Shown one piece after another: positions 1 through 10,825 of a stretch of DNA of 64,000 nt. Both the position numbers and the translations under genes were made by a program. This DNA is from Rhodothermales bacterium (lineage in GTDB: Bacteria > Bacteroidota > Rhodothermia > Rhodothermales > Bin80), in assembly GCA_963665975.1 (NCBI GenBank), contig OY762508.1, forward strand, positions 2,535,922 through 2,599,921, written 5' to 3'. Each line of letters opens with the position of its first letter. Position 1 is the first letter of the stretch. The notes below the pieces were generated by a model. That model had not been told where the DNA came from, did not search any database, and was given only the letters and a program-made list of their open reading frames with translations.

Positions 1-1
1 C

Positions 2-178
2 ATCCTTACCAGGATTCGCACCAAATTAAGTCACAGCAAGAGGTCCAAGGACTTGGGGGCTTATCATATTGGCAAAATGGCGAAACAATGCAAATTGTCA
101 ACACGGGATTTCGAGTTGCTCGCCAAGTGCCCCATGCAGCGGGAAGAATATGAAGCACGGGTGCAAGAGCACTTTTAG
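2..178 (+). CDS. 3' end of an unidentified ORF entering from upstream of the window
   Basis: Frame open from the window edge and ends ...CPMQREEYEARVQEHF with TAG at 176-178. No family recognised. Confidence 0.25.
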   Translation: MLTRIRTKLSHSKRSKDLGAYHIGKMAKQCKLSTRDFELLAKCPMQREEYEARVQEHF

Positions 179-319
179 CCCCTAATCCCCCTGCAGCAAT
201 TCACCTGCCAGCCATTATAAGGCGCAAGTCATCCCGGAAGCTTGTCAACTCACCTGTGCACCTCCCAAAAAGAAGCCTAGCCGAGTGCAGGCAGGGCTTC
301 TCCAGAAGACCGTATAGCA

Positions 320-1924
320 CTAATACCCGGGATTCTGGGTCAGGTTGGGGTTGGCGTCGATCTGTACCTGTGGGATAGGGCCGAGAACGCGCCAGGGATC
401 CGTATTGGACTTGAATTCCCACGTATCCGAGAATTTTCCGAAGCGGATCTGGTCTTGCCGGCGCGTGGCCTCCCACATGAGCTCGAATAGCCGCTCCTGC
501 AAAAGGACTTGGTCAAAGTCTCCGGCAGCGTCAATGAGTTCATCGGGGTCAAAAACCCGCTCCCGGATCATGTTAATCTGACTGACCGCACTGGTGGTTT
601 GGCCGAGGCGATGAAGAGCTTCGGCCTTGATGAGGTACATCTCAGCCAGACGAAGGAAAGCGTAGCTGTTGCCGTTGTCACCGCTGCTGCGGTCTGGGTC
701 GATTTCCCACTTCAGCACACGAACGCCGGAGCGTTCGTCGACGTTGATCGGATCACCCGTGACCGGCGTTCCATCGGGCCGGAAATATCCTTCCGTGAAC
801 GTCAAGTCGTTACCTACACGGTCGAATAGTCTATCTCCATCGGCGAAGCACTCATTGCCGATACAGCCGTCGTTCGGTCCCGAAAACATCTGACCGACGA
901 GGAAGATATTCTTGCGACTATCGGTGTCACGAAACTGGTTAAAGGTCTCAGCCAGCGTGGAGAATCCATTCCATGGCGATTCCGGGATCTGGTTATAGTG
1001 GAGTCCTCGCATGATGAAGTTGATACCGTAGCCTGGCTGTCCCAAATGGCCGACCGAAAAGATGATTTCCGGCGAGTTGTGATTGTTGATGCGGAAGTTG
1101 TCGTAGAAACTTGGAGCAAGCGTGTACTGGCCCGAATTCAGAACGCGATCAGCGGCGTCGATGGCATCCTGCCACCGGGCTGTGCCACGTGCGAGGCCGG
1201 CCGTAGACACCGTGCCGGTAAACACTTCCGCATTGAGGTATATTTTCGCTAGGAGCGCATCTGCAGCTCCTTGCGTGATGCGTCCTTGATTGGAGACATC
1301 CCAACGCAGGGGAAGGTCGCTGCGTGCAGCCTGGAGTTCGGATTCGATAAAGTCGAACACCTCTGCGCGGGACTGCCGAGCCGGAGGATTATCAGGGTCC
1401 GTAGCAGCGTCTGTCACGATCGGAACGCCGCCGAACAGATCCATCAGGAGATAATAATAGAATGCCCGCAGAAAGCGTAGTTCGGCCTGGATGGCGGACT
1501 TTCCGGGTACGTCGATCGATTCAAGATTGGCCAGCACAACGTTCGCACGTGCTACGCCGGTGAAGGCGTCTACCCAGGCGCCATTCCAGTCGACAGTTAG
1601 AGCGTCCCAGTTGTGCTGATGTAATTGCCGCCAGTGTCCACCGTCGTCCCAGTCGGTGCCGCGGGTGGGCACGAGCGTTTCGTCTGACGTGTGCTGGCTG
1701 ATATTGTGGTAGTTCCACATCAGCGAGCGAAGCTGAGCATACACCGGGGCTAGGGCTGCGATGACTTCTTCTTCGGTACGGAAGAATTGATCCGGCGTGA
1801 TGACACCATATGCGTCTTCCTCAAGGTCGGAGCAGCCTTGCAGCGAGAAAGTAGACACCAAAAGAACTACCAGACTCATGAAGCCTAGGAGCCAGATCTT
1901 GAATCGGGATTTGGTCACATTCAT
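320..1924 (-). CDS. SusD/RagB-family nutrient-binding outer-membrane lipoprotein
   Basis: 534 aa. Lipoprotein signal (LVVLLVSTFSLQGC). Length and composition typical of SusD. Lies immediately downstream of a SusC-like gene (38-nt gap). Confidence 0.9.
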   Translation of the reverse strand: MNVTKSRFKIWLLGFMSLVVLLVSTFSLQGCSDLEEDAYGVITPDQFFRTEEEVIAALAPVYAQLRSLMWNYHNISQHTSDETLVPTRGTDWDDGGHWRQLHQHNWDALTVDWNGAWVDAFTGVARANVVLANLESIDVPGKSAIQAELRFLRAFYYYLLMDLFGGVPIVTDAATDPDNPPARQSRAEVFDFIESELQAARSDLPLRWDVSNQGRITQGAADALLAKIYLNAEVFTGTVSTAGLARGTARWQDAIDAADRVLNSGQYTLAPSFYDNFRINNHNSPEIIFSVGHLGQPGYGINFIMRGLHYNQIPESPWNGFSTLAETFNQFRDTDSRKNIFLVGQMFSGPNDGCIGNECFADGDRLFDRVGNDLTFTEGYFRPDGTPVTGDPINVDERSGVRVLKWEIDPDRSSGDNGNSYAFLRLAEMYLIKAEALHRLGQTTSAVSQINMIRERVFDPDELIDAAGDFDQVLLQERLFELMWEATRRQDQIRFGKFSDTWEFKSNTDPWRVLGPIPQVQIDANPNLTQNPGY

Positions 1925-1962
1925 TGGAGTTAGGGATCTTCGATATGACGAAGAGAATAGGT

Positions 1963-4900
1963 CTAGAAGCCGAGGCTAATTCCGGCGGTGAAGGAGCGGG
2001 GCCGAGGGTAATTCGTGTAGTCAATACCAAGACTCAAGATTGGAATGTTACCGACGCTCGCGGAAGCTTCCGTATTGACTTCTGGATCCCAGCCGTTATA
2101 GGCAGTAAATACGAACAGGTTATTTGCCGCGACATAGATCCGCACCCGGCGAACAAGTCCTACGATATCACTAAGCGCATCAACATTGCTGATGGTGTAG
2201 CCGATTGTAAGATTCTCCACGCGGAGGAAGGAGGCGTCCTGGATCCAGCGTGATGAGAATTGTGGTGCTTCGGCTAGCGGTGTAGGATCATTCAGCGCTT
2301 CTTCCAGGAAATTTACGTTCGTGTTAGCGAGGTTCTTAGAGGTATATTCGATCCCCGTGTTGTTATAGACATCGCGTCCCTGCTCTCCGCGGAGGAAGAA
2401 GCTCAAATCCCAGTTTCTCCATGTCACGTTTGTTGTGAGTCCGTATTGGAAATCTGGCTGGGCAGCGCCAACCACCTGGTACTCCGAAATCGGCACATCC
2501 GAGCATGGCACTGAATCCCCGCTGCTGTTGCGGCAAAGCTGCTGGCCGGTTGCGGGATCAAAGCCGGTGAATAGTGGGGCAAAGAACGAACCGAAGGCGT
2601 TGCCGGGCGTGATGATCTGTGTGTTGATCTGGGAGAGGCCCGCGCCACTGGACCGTCCGGTAAAGATTTGGGTGCGTCCGCCGAGATCTTTGATTTCGTT
2701 CTTATTGGCATTGAAAGTGGCGCCGATTTCCATGTAGAGGTCACCCTTGTCGACGAGACGGGCATTCAGTGCCAGATCAAATCCGGTATTCTGCATCTTG
2801 CCCACATTGGCGAGGCGTGTGGGCACAGCGGCCGGTTGCGGGACTCCAAATTCCAGGAGCAGGTCGTCCGTATCCTTGATGTAGTAGTCCAGAGATCCAT
2901 AAATCCGGTCATTCCAGAGTCCGAAGTCCACGCCGAAGTTCAACTGCGTCGTCTCTTCCCATTTCAGGTCCGGATTGGCGAAGTTGACCGGTGCAACCCC
3001 GGAAACAATGCTCTCGCCAAGCACGGCGCTCCCGGCGGCGCCGAAGATGGGGAGAGACCGCAGGTTGCCGATTTCCTGGCTTCCCGTGATACCCCATCCG
3101 ATGCGGAGTTTGAGGTCGTTGACGGCTGCCAGGCCTTGTATGAAATTTTCATCAGACAAGCGCCAGCCTACCGTTACCGCAGGGAAGAGGCCCCACTTCT
3201 GATCGGCGCCAAATCGGGAAGACCCGTCCCGCCTGACGGAGGCAGAGAGAATGTAGCGTCCCTGATAGTCGTAATTGAGGCGCCCAAAGAAGGAAATGAG
3301 CCGGTTTGTTTGTTTGAAGGAGCCTATGGAGTAAGTCTCCAGATCCCCTGCGGCCAGGTTGTTGAAGGAGAAAACGTCACTGACGAATCCTGTCGTCGCA
3401 GCCTGAAAGCCTTCCCGGTAAAACTCCTGGAACGAGTACCCGCCGGTCAGGCTTACCGTGTGGTATGTATTAATCGTTCTGGAGTAGTTGCCATACACTT
3501 CCGCCAGGATCGAGCTCAGTTCATTGTTGCCCTGGCGCGCTTCCCCATTTACGGCCTGTCGCAGTGGATTAGCGCCGGGGATAAAGACGCGTCGGCTGGC
3601 CTGCTGTCTGTCCATGCCGATGTTGATCGTGCCTATAAGTCCGGGCACGATTTCGTAGTCGGTCTTGAGGCCTCCTAACAGGCGGGTTGTCTTGGTGTAG
3701 TCTTCCACCTGTTGCGCTAGAGCCACTGGATTACGCACAGAGGTCTGCCCGGCGATTTCGTAGAACGTACCGTCCGCGTTTCGGACGGGAAGCGTAGGGT
3801 TGTACTTCATGACGTTCGTCAGGAGGCCACCCGAGAATCCGCCAGTCTGCTGGAATGGCGCGCGGTTGTCATTAAAGAAGGATCCCGTGACACGCATGTC
3901 GAGGCGCAATTTGTCATTCAGCGCGCGATGGTTCACGTTCACGCGGCCTGAGACGCGTTCGAGCCCTGAATTGATAATGATGCCTTCCTGATTGAGATAG
4001 CTGACAGAAGCCCTGTATTGGGTGTCACCAGCACCACCGCCAAAGGCGAGGTTGTGATTCTGGGAAAGGGCGCTCCGTGTGACTTCGTCCTGCCAGTTCG
4101 TATTGGCGTCGCCCAGATTGGTGGTAGGCAGTCCTTGCTCCTGGACAAAGGTGCGGTACTGGGATGCGCTGAGCAGTGGAAGATCCCGGATAAAACTTGA
4201 GGAGGACACGTAACCGTCATAATCCACCTGAATCTGGCCATCACGGCCTCTCTTCGTGGTAATCAGGATAACGCCGTTGGCGCCGCGGCTTCCGTAGATG
4301 GCAGCGGCGGAGGCATCTTTCAGGACATCGATCGATTCGATATCGCTCGCATTGAGAAACACAAGCGGATTCTTCCGGCCGGAATCGGTGCCTCCGGTAC
4401 CTCCGGGTGCGCTATTGCTGTTGTCGATCGGCATTCCGTCGATCACGTACAGGGGTTCGTTCGACGCACTGATGGATGTGCCACCCCGAATGCGGACGGT
4501 TACGGGAGCGCCAGGCTCGCCGCCACTCTGGATGATGTTCACGCCGGCCACGCGGCCTTGCATCAACTGCTCAGGCGAATTGACCAGTCCCACATTGGCG
4601 TCGTCGGCAATCACACGTTGGGCAGAGCCCGTTACGTTTGCCCGCTGTTGTGTCCCATAACCTACGACGACCACTTCTTCCAGAAGCTCAATGTCTTCAG
4701 CCAGCGATACGTCGATTACGTCGGTATCGGCTATGACGACAATTTGTGGTAGGTAGCCAACAAACGAAAAGACGAGTATGTCGCCACGACCCGCGTCCAG
4801 GCTGTACATGCCATTGTTATCGGTAGTCGTCCCCGTCAGCGTTCCCTGGATCTGGATATTGACTCCGGGTAGCGGGAGACCGGATCCTTCTTCGGTTACG

Positions 4901-5073
4901 GTGCCCGTGATCGTCCGATCCTGACCATAGGCCAGGCTCGTCCATGTGAGCATGAGTGCAAGGAGAAGCGTATATCTCACAGTCAATAGTGGTCGTTTAG
5001 TGATCAAAAGGAGAATCAGTTGCAGCAAGTGCCGGATCAGATGTGTTTCTGACCGCGGCGTCGAAGAAGACAC
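1963..5073 (-). CDS. SusC/RagA-family TonB-linked outer-membrane receptor
   Basis: CarboxypepD_reg-like N-terminal domain (TITGTVTEEGSGLPLPGVNIQIQGT..TDNNGMYSL), plug and beta-barrel, terminal aromatic residue (..GISLGF). Real start is probably the GTG at 4980 (VRYTLLLALMLTWTSLAYGQ signal peptide); the ORF stays open to 5073. Confidence 0.92.
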   Translation of the reverse strand: MSSSTPRSETHLIRHLLQLILLLITKRPLLTVRYTLLLALMLTWTSLAYGQDRTITGTVTEEGSGLPLPGVNIQIQGTLTGTTTDNNGMYSLDAGRGDILVFSFVGYLPQIVVIADTDVIDVSLAEDIELLEEVVVVGYGTQQRANVTGSAQRVIADDANVGLVNSPEQLMQGRVAGVNIIQSGGEPGAPVTVRIRGGTSISASNEPLYVIDGMPIDNSNSAPGGTGGTDSGRKNPLVFLNASDIESIDVLKDASAAAIYGSRGANGVILITTKRGRDGQIQVDYDGYVSSSSFIRDLPLLSASQYRTFVQEQGLPTTNLGDANTNWQDEVTRSALSQNHNLAFGGGAGDTQYRASVSYLNQEGIIINSGLERVSGRVNVNHRALNDKLRLDMRVTGSFFNDNRAPFQQTGGFSGGLLTNVMKYNPTLPVRNADGTFYEIAGQTSVRNPVALAQQVEDYTKTTRLLGGLKTDYEIVPGLIGTINIGMDRQQASRRVFIPGANPLRQAVNGEARQGNNELSSILAEVYGNYSRTINTYHTVSLTGGYSFQEFYREGFQAATTGFVSDVFSFNNLAAGDLETYSIGSFKQTNRLISFFGRLNYDYQGRYILSASVRRDGSSRFGADQKWGLFPAVTVGWRLSDENFIQGLAAVNDLKLRIGWGITGSQEIGNLRSLPIFGAAGSAVLGESIVSGVAPVNFANPDLKWEETTQLNFGVDFGLWNDRIYGSLDYYIKDTDDLLLEFGVPQPAAVPTRLANVGKMQNTGFDLALNARLVDKGDLYMEIGATFNANKNEIKDLGGRTQIFTGRSSGAGLSQINTQIITPGNAFGSFFAPLFTGFDPATGQQLCRNSSGDSVPCSDVPISEYQVVGAAQPDFQYGLTTNVTWRNWDLSFFLRGEQGRDVYNNTGIEYTSKNLANTNVNFLEEALNDPTPLAEAPQFSSRWIQDASFLRVENLTIGYTISNVDALSDIVGLVRRVRIYVAANNLFVFTAYNGWDPEVNTEASASVGNIPILSLGIDYTNYPRPRSFTAGISLGF

Positions 5074-5756
5074 ACTGACATGCCGGAACCAAACGCATTT
5101 ACGTGCACGACAAATGAGTAAGCCTCTTGGAAAACCCTTGATTTGAAGGTTTTCTCTGCTTGTGAGGAAAACCTTGGATGAACTGGCGCCCGCCTGGCGT
5201 AGAACAGTTGCGGATTACGAGAGGAACTGGAATGCTGGCTCCGGCGGCCCAAGACCGGACAGGCCCTTGAGTTTCCACACACCCAGCGCACCCCAATATA
5301 TTACATTATGTATGTTCATTCTGTGGTTTTATATGTTATCTCTGTGACATAAATGTGACCAGGAATCGTTGATCATTAGGGTCTTGCAAGAGGCTCAGTC
5401 TTTATTAATTCACAAGAAATATCTGATTCCTGGATAGGATGGACTAGGGTCGAAGTCAATGCTTGAACTGTGGGGTACTCTACGATGAAACGACATACTA
5501 CCCACCTACAGTGCAACGCTGGCACCACTGACGAGCCTCTCGTCGCACACCGAGTAATGTGCTACGGTTTGCACGGAAGGTTTCTGGTCATCATACGGTG
5601 GGTGTTAGAAATAGCGAGCGGTGACCGATGACTCAATTCGTCGCAGAACGTGTGCAGGAGACGACTCTAGCGAACGGCATCAAATTGTTCTTGGCGCACA
5701 AGGAAGTATTCCAGATACTCGGATAGAGCGATGCCAACCCGTACCCGCGCGATCCT

Positions 5757-5990
5757 TTACGACCAGCGGGCCGGAATCTGGACGGCGGCGATGTCAGCAG
5801 AATCCGCGACTGCCTGGCCGTCGCTATCGTACCACTTGTTGCCCTGCCTCCACGCAGTAATCGTCTCTCGGGTGCTGCTAAGCTTTACGGCATACGTTTG
5901 TCGTTCGACAGTGAGCTCTTCCAGGAGTATGTCAGCGTGGCTGCGCACACGCCGAAGGCGATGAGAGCCCGTGGGTTTAGGCTGTTGCAT
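5757..5990 (-). CDS. Possible small excisionase/AlpA-like (HTH_17) DNA-binding protein
   Basis: 77 aa from MQQPKPTG. The segment LLEELTVERQTYAVKLSSTRETITAWRQGNKWY fits the pattern L-T-V-x-E-x-A-x-x-L-x-V-S-x-x-T-I-x-x-W seen in excisionase-type HTH. Isolated in a 1.1-kb gap beside an AT-rich patch. Confidence 0.3.
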   Translation of the reverse strand: MQQPKPTGSHRLRRVRSHADILLEELTVERQTYAVKLSSTRETITAWRQGNKWYDSDGQAVADSADIAAVQIPARWS

Positions 5991-6207
5991 TTTCCCCTGC
6001 GCCGGCAGAAAAGAGGGTGAGTTGGATTGCATTTCGAAAGCGGGTGGGAGTTGGACAGGCGCAACGAAGATAGATCGCCAATCACGCTTGATTCTTCACA
6101 AGTTGCCCACAAGAAACGTACACGTATCCACATGGGAGCCCAGGACGCCGACGACAACACGGAGAGCAACCTTTTCAAAAATCCACGCGTACCAACGGGC
6201 AATAGCA

Positions 6208-7299
6208 ATGAGCTGGCATAATCAACCTACAACAGGATCTATGGGCGTTGCTGTACTAGTCGGTACCATGAAAGGTGCCTTTGTCATGCGCTCAGCTAAC
6301 GCGAGCCGAACAGAGTGGGATCTGGAAGGCCCTTATTTCAAAGGTTGGCAGGTGACCGCAGCCGGTCGCGCTGAGGATGGCAGGTTTATTGTTGGGACCT
6401 CAAGCCACGTGTATGGTGCAACCCTGCACGTCAGCCGCGACCTTGCAACCTGGGATATGATCGAACATGGGCCGCGGTATGAAGCTGACGAAGATCGTAA
6501 ACTAAAGGAATTCTGGACACTAGCCACGACCCCGCTTGGCATTTTTGCGGGCGTCAGCGAGGCCGGTCTCTTCCACGCCGCCGATCCCTGCGGGCCGTGG
6601 GAGCAGGTTCGAGGCCTGAATGACCACGTGACACGTGATGCCTGGCAGCCGGGACTGGGCGGCCTGTGTGCTCATGTCCTGTTAGCAAACCCGCATAATC
6701 CCAGACAACTCTGGTGTGGGGTATCAGCGGTAGGTGTCTTCAGGAGCGACGACGGTGGCGAGTCATGGCATCCCAAGAATCGTGGTGTGACGCCAGCCAT
6801 CGAAGACAAGGAGCACAAGGATATCGGCACGTGCGTACATGGGCTTGCCCTTTGTCCCAGGGACGCCCAGACGCTCTACCGGCAAGATCATCTCGGCATG
6901 TTTCGGTCGAATGACGGCGCAGAGAGCTGGCACGAGAATGCACTGGGGCTGCCCTCCAATTTCGGATTTGCGATTAAGACCGATCCGAACACGGGCACGC
7001 TGTTCTGCTATCCCCTGGAAAGCGACCACCATCGCCTTCCCGCCGGAGGGAAAATGCGTGTGTATCGGAGCACAGATGGGGGTTCGTCGTGGCATACTGC
7101 CGCGCAGGGATTACCCCAGGAAGACACTTATGCGACCGTGCTTCGCGGAGCAATGGATGTGGACGGCCTGGATCCATGTGGCGTGTACTTCGGCACCACG
7201 TCAGGGACCGTGCATACCAGCAGCAACAGGGGAGACTCCTGGCAGAGCATGAACTACCTGTTCCCCCGCATCCTGTGTGTTGAGGCATTTGTCATCTGA
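6208..7299 (+). CDS. BNR/Asp-box repeat beta-propeller protein (sialidase/Ycf48-like fold)
   Basis: Four SxDxGxxW Asp-boxes (RSDDGGESW, RSNDGAESW, RSTDGGSSW, SSNRGDSW). Start taken at ATG 6208 (MSWHNQ..); ATG 6241 is an alternative. The ORF upstream of 6208 looks non-coding. Confidence 0.8.
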   Translation: MSWHNQPTTGSMGVAVLVGTMKGAFVMRSANASRTEWDLEGPYFKGWQVTAAGRAEDGRFIVGTSSHVYGATLHVSRDLATWDMIEHGPRYEADEDRKLKEFWTLATTPLGIFAGVSEAGLFHAADPCGPWEQVRGLNDHVTRDAWQPGLGGLCAHVLLANPHNPRQLWCGVSAVGVFRSDDGGESWHPKNRGVTPAIEDKEHKDIGTCVHGLALCPRDAQTLYRQDHLGMFRSNDGAESWHENALGLPSNFGFAIKTDPNTGTLFCYPLESDHHRLPAGGKMRVYRSTDGGSSWHTAAQGLPQEDTYATVLRGAMDVDGLDPCGVYFGTTSGTVHTSSNRGDSWQSMNYLFPRILCVEAFVI

Positions 7300-7300
7300 C

Positions 7301-7579
7301 ATGGCTGCAGTAACCATCACGCTACCGGTGCTGCTTTCCAGCCTGATCGGCGAAAAGACGATCGCTGTTGAGGCAGCAACCCCGTCAGAGGCGCTGCAGG
7401 AATTGGTGCGCCGCTATCCTGCATTGGACATGCTCCTCTTCGACGAAACAGGAGAATTGCGCGAGCACGTCCTCTGCTTTCATAATGAGGAAAACACGCG
7501 ATGGTGCACGGATGGACTTCACCGCGCCCTTGCAGCTAATGACCGCATGACCATTATTCAGGCCGTAGCAGGAGGCTAG
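7301..7579 (+). CDS. MoaD/ThiS-family ubiquitin-like beta-grasp protein ending in Gly-Gly
   Basis: 92 aa, ends ..MTIIQAVAGG*. ATG lies 1 nt after the TGA of the BNR gene. Size and pattern are typical of sulfur-carrier/ubiquitin-like proteins. Confidence 0.75.
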   Translation: MAAVTITLPVLLSSLIGEKTIAVEAATPSEALQELVRRYPALDMLLFDETGELREHVLCFHNEENTRWCTDGLHRALAANDRMTIIQAVAGG

Positions 7580-7646
7580 GGCGCCAGCGGCCAGGTCATA
7601 CGGGTCATAGCACGCCGCCCATGAAACTGACTACACCCCAACTATT

Positions 7647-8027
7647 ATGCCCGATATCGGAGCACTCGAGTGGCTAGACCTCACCGTCGATGACGCAGAC
7701 AGCCTTCGCGACTTTTATACAGATGTCGTGGGGTGGAAATCAGACCCAGTCTCTATGGGCGACTATAGCGACTATGCTATGGTGACGAGCGGCGGCGATG
7801 CGGTCGCAGGCGTGTGCCACGCGCGAGGCTCTAACGCCGATTTGCCGGTGGTCTGGTTGCCATATTTTCGGGTGGCCAGCCTCGAAGACAGCCTGAAACG
7901 GTGCCTGGCTCGCGGGGGCGTCGTCATCACCGGCCCCAGATCACTCGGTCCGGGTATGCGCTACGCCGTGATCCGAGACCCCGCGGGTGTCATTGCGGCG
8001 CTATTTGAAGGCGCTGAAGACACGTAA
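7647..8027 (+). CDS. VOC (glyoxalase/bleomycin-resistance/dioxygenase) family protein
   Basis: 126 aa. N-terminal LEWLDLTVDDADSLRDFYTDVVGW and C-terminal RYAVIRDPAGVIAALFE are typical of the VOC fold. Confidence 0.8.
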   Translation: MPDIGALEWLDLTVDDADSLRDFYTDVVGWKSDPVSMGDYSDYAMVTSGGDAVAGVCHARGSNADLPVVWLPYFRVASLEDSLKRCLARGGVVITGPRSLGPGMRYAVIRDPAGVIAALFEGAEDT

Positions 8028-8058
8028 ATACACCACCGCTCTGACTGTGCCGCACGCC

Positions 8059-8087
8059 TTGACACTCAAGCTCCCCTCGGCTATTTT
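8059..8087 (+). promoter_or_regulatory. Sigma70-like promoter candidate for the DUF1761 gene
   Basis: TTGACA (8059-8064), 17-nt spacer, TATTTT (8082-8087), about 40 nt upstream of ATG 8127. Confidence 0.35.
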
Positions 8088-8126
8088 AACCGGGCGCGAA
8101 TCCGTCACATTCAGACCCCCACTCCC

Positions 8127-10775
<2,649 letters not shown>

Positions 10776-10825
10776 TTTTGCAGTGACATCCTTGAGCATG
10801 CATTGAGGGGAATGGAGGTCAACGT

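Noticed and set aside
2668-3678. 336-aa ORF on the + strand inside the SusC gene
   Set aside because: It is antisense to a strongly supported TonB-linked receptor gene and has Ala/Arg/Gly-rich, low-complexity composition, as expected of GC-rich antisense frames. The same reasoning applies to 20415-21410(+) inside copA, 14344-15135(-) inside the MscS gene, 26463-27005(+) in the AlkZ-like gene and 8772-9302(-) in ligA.
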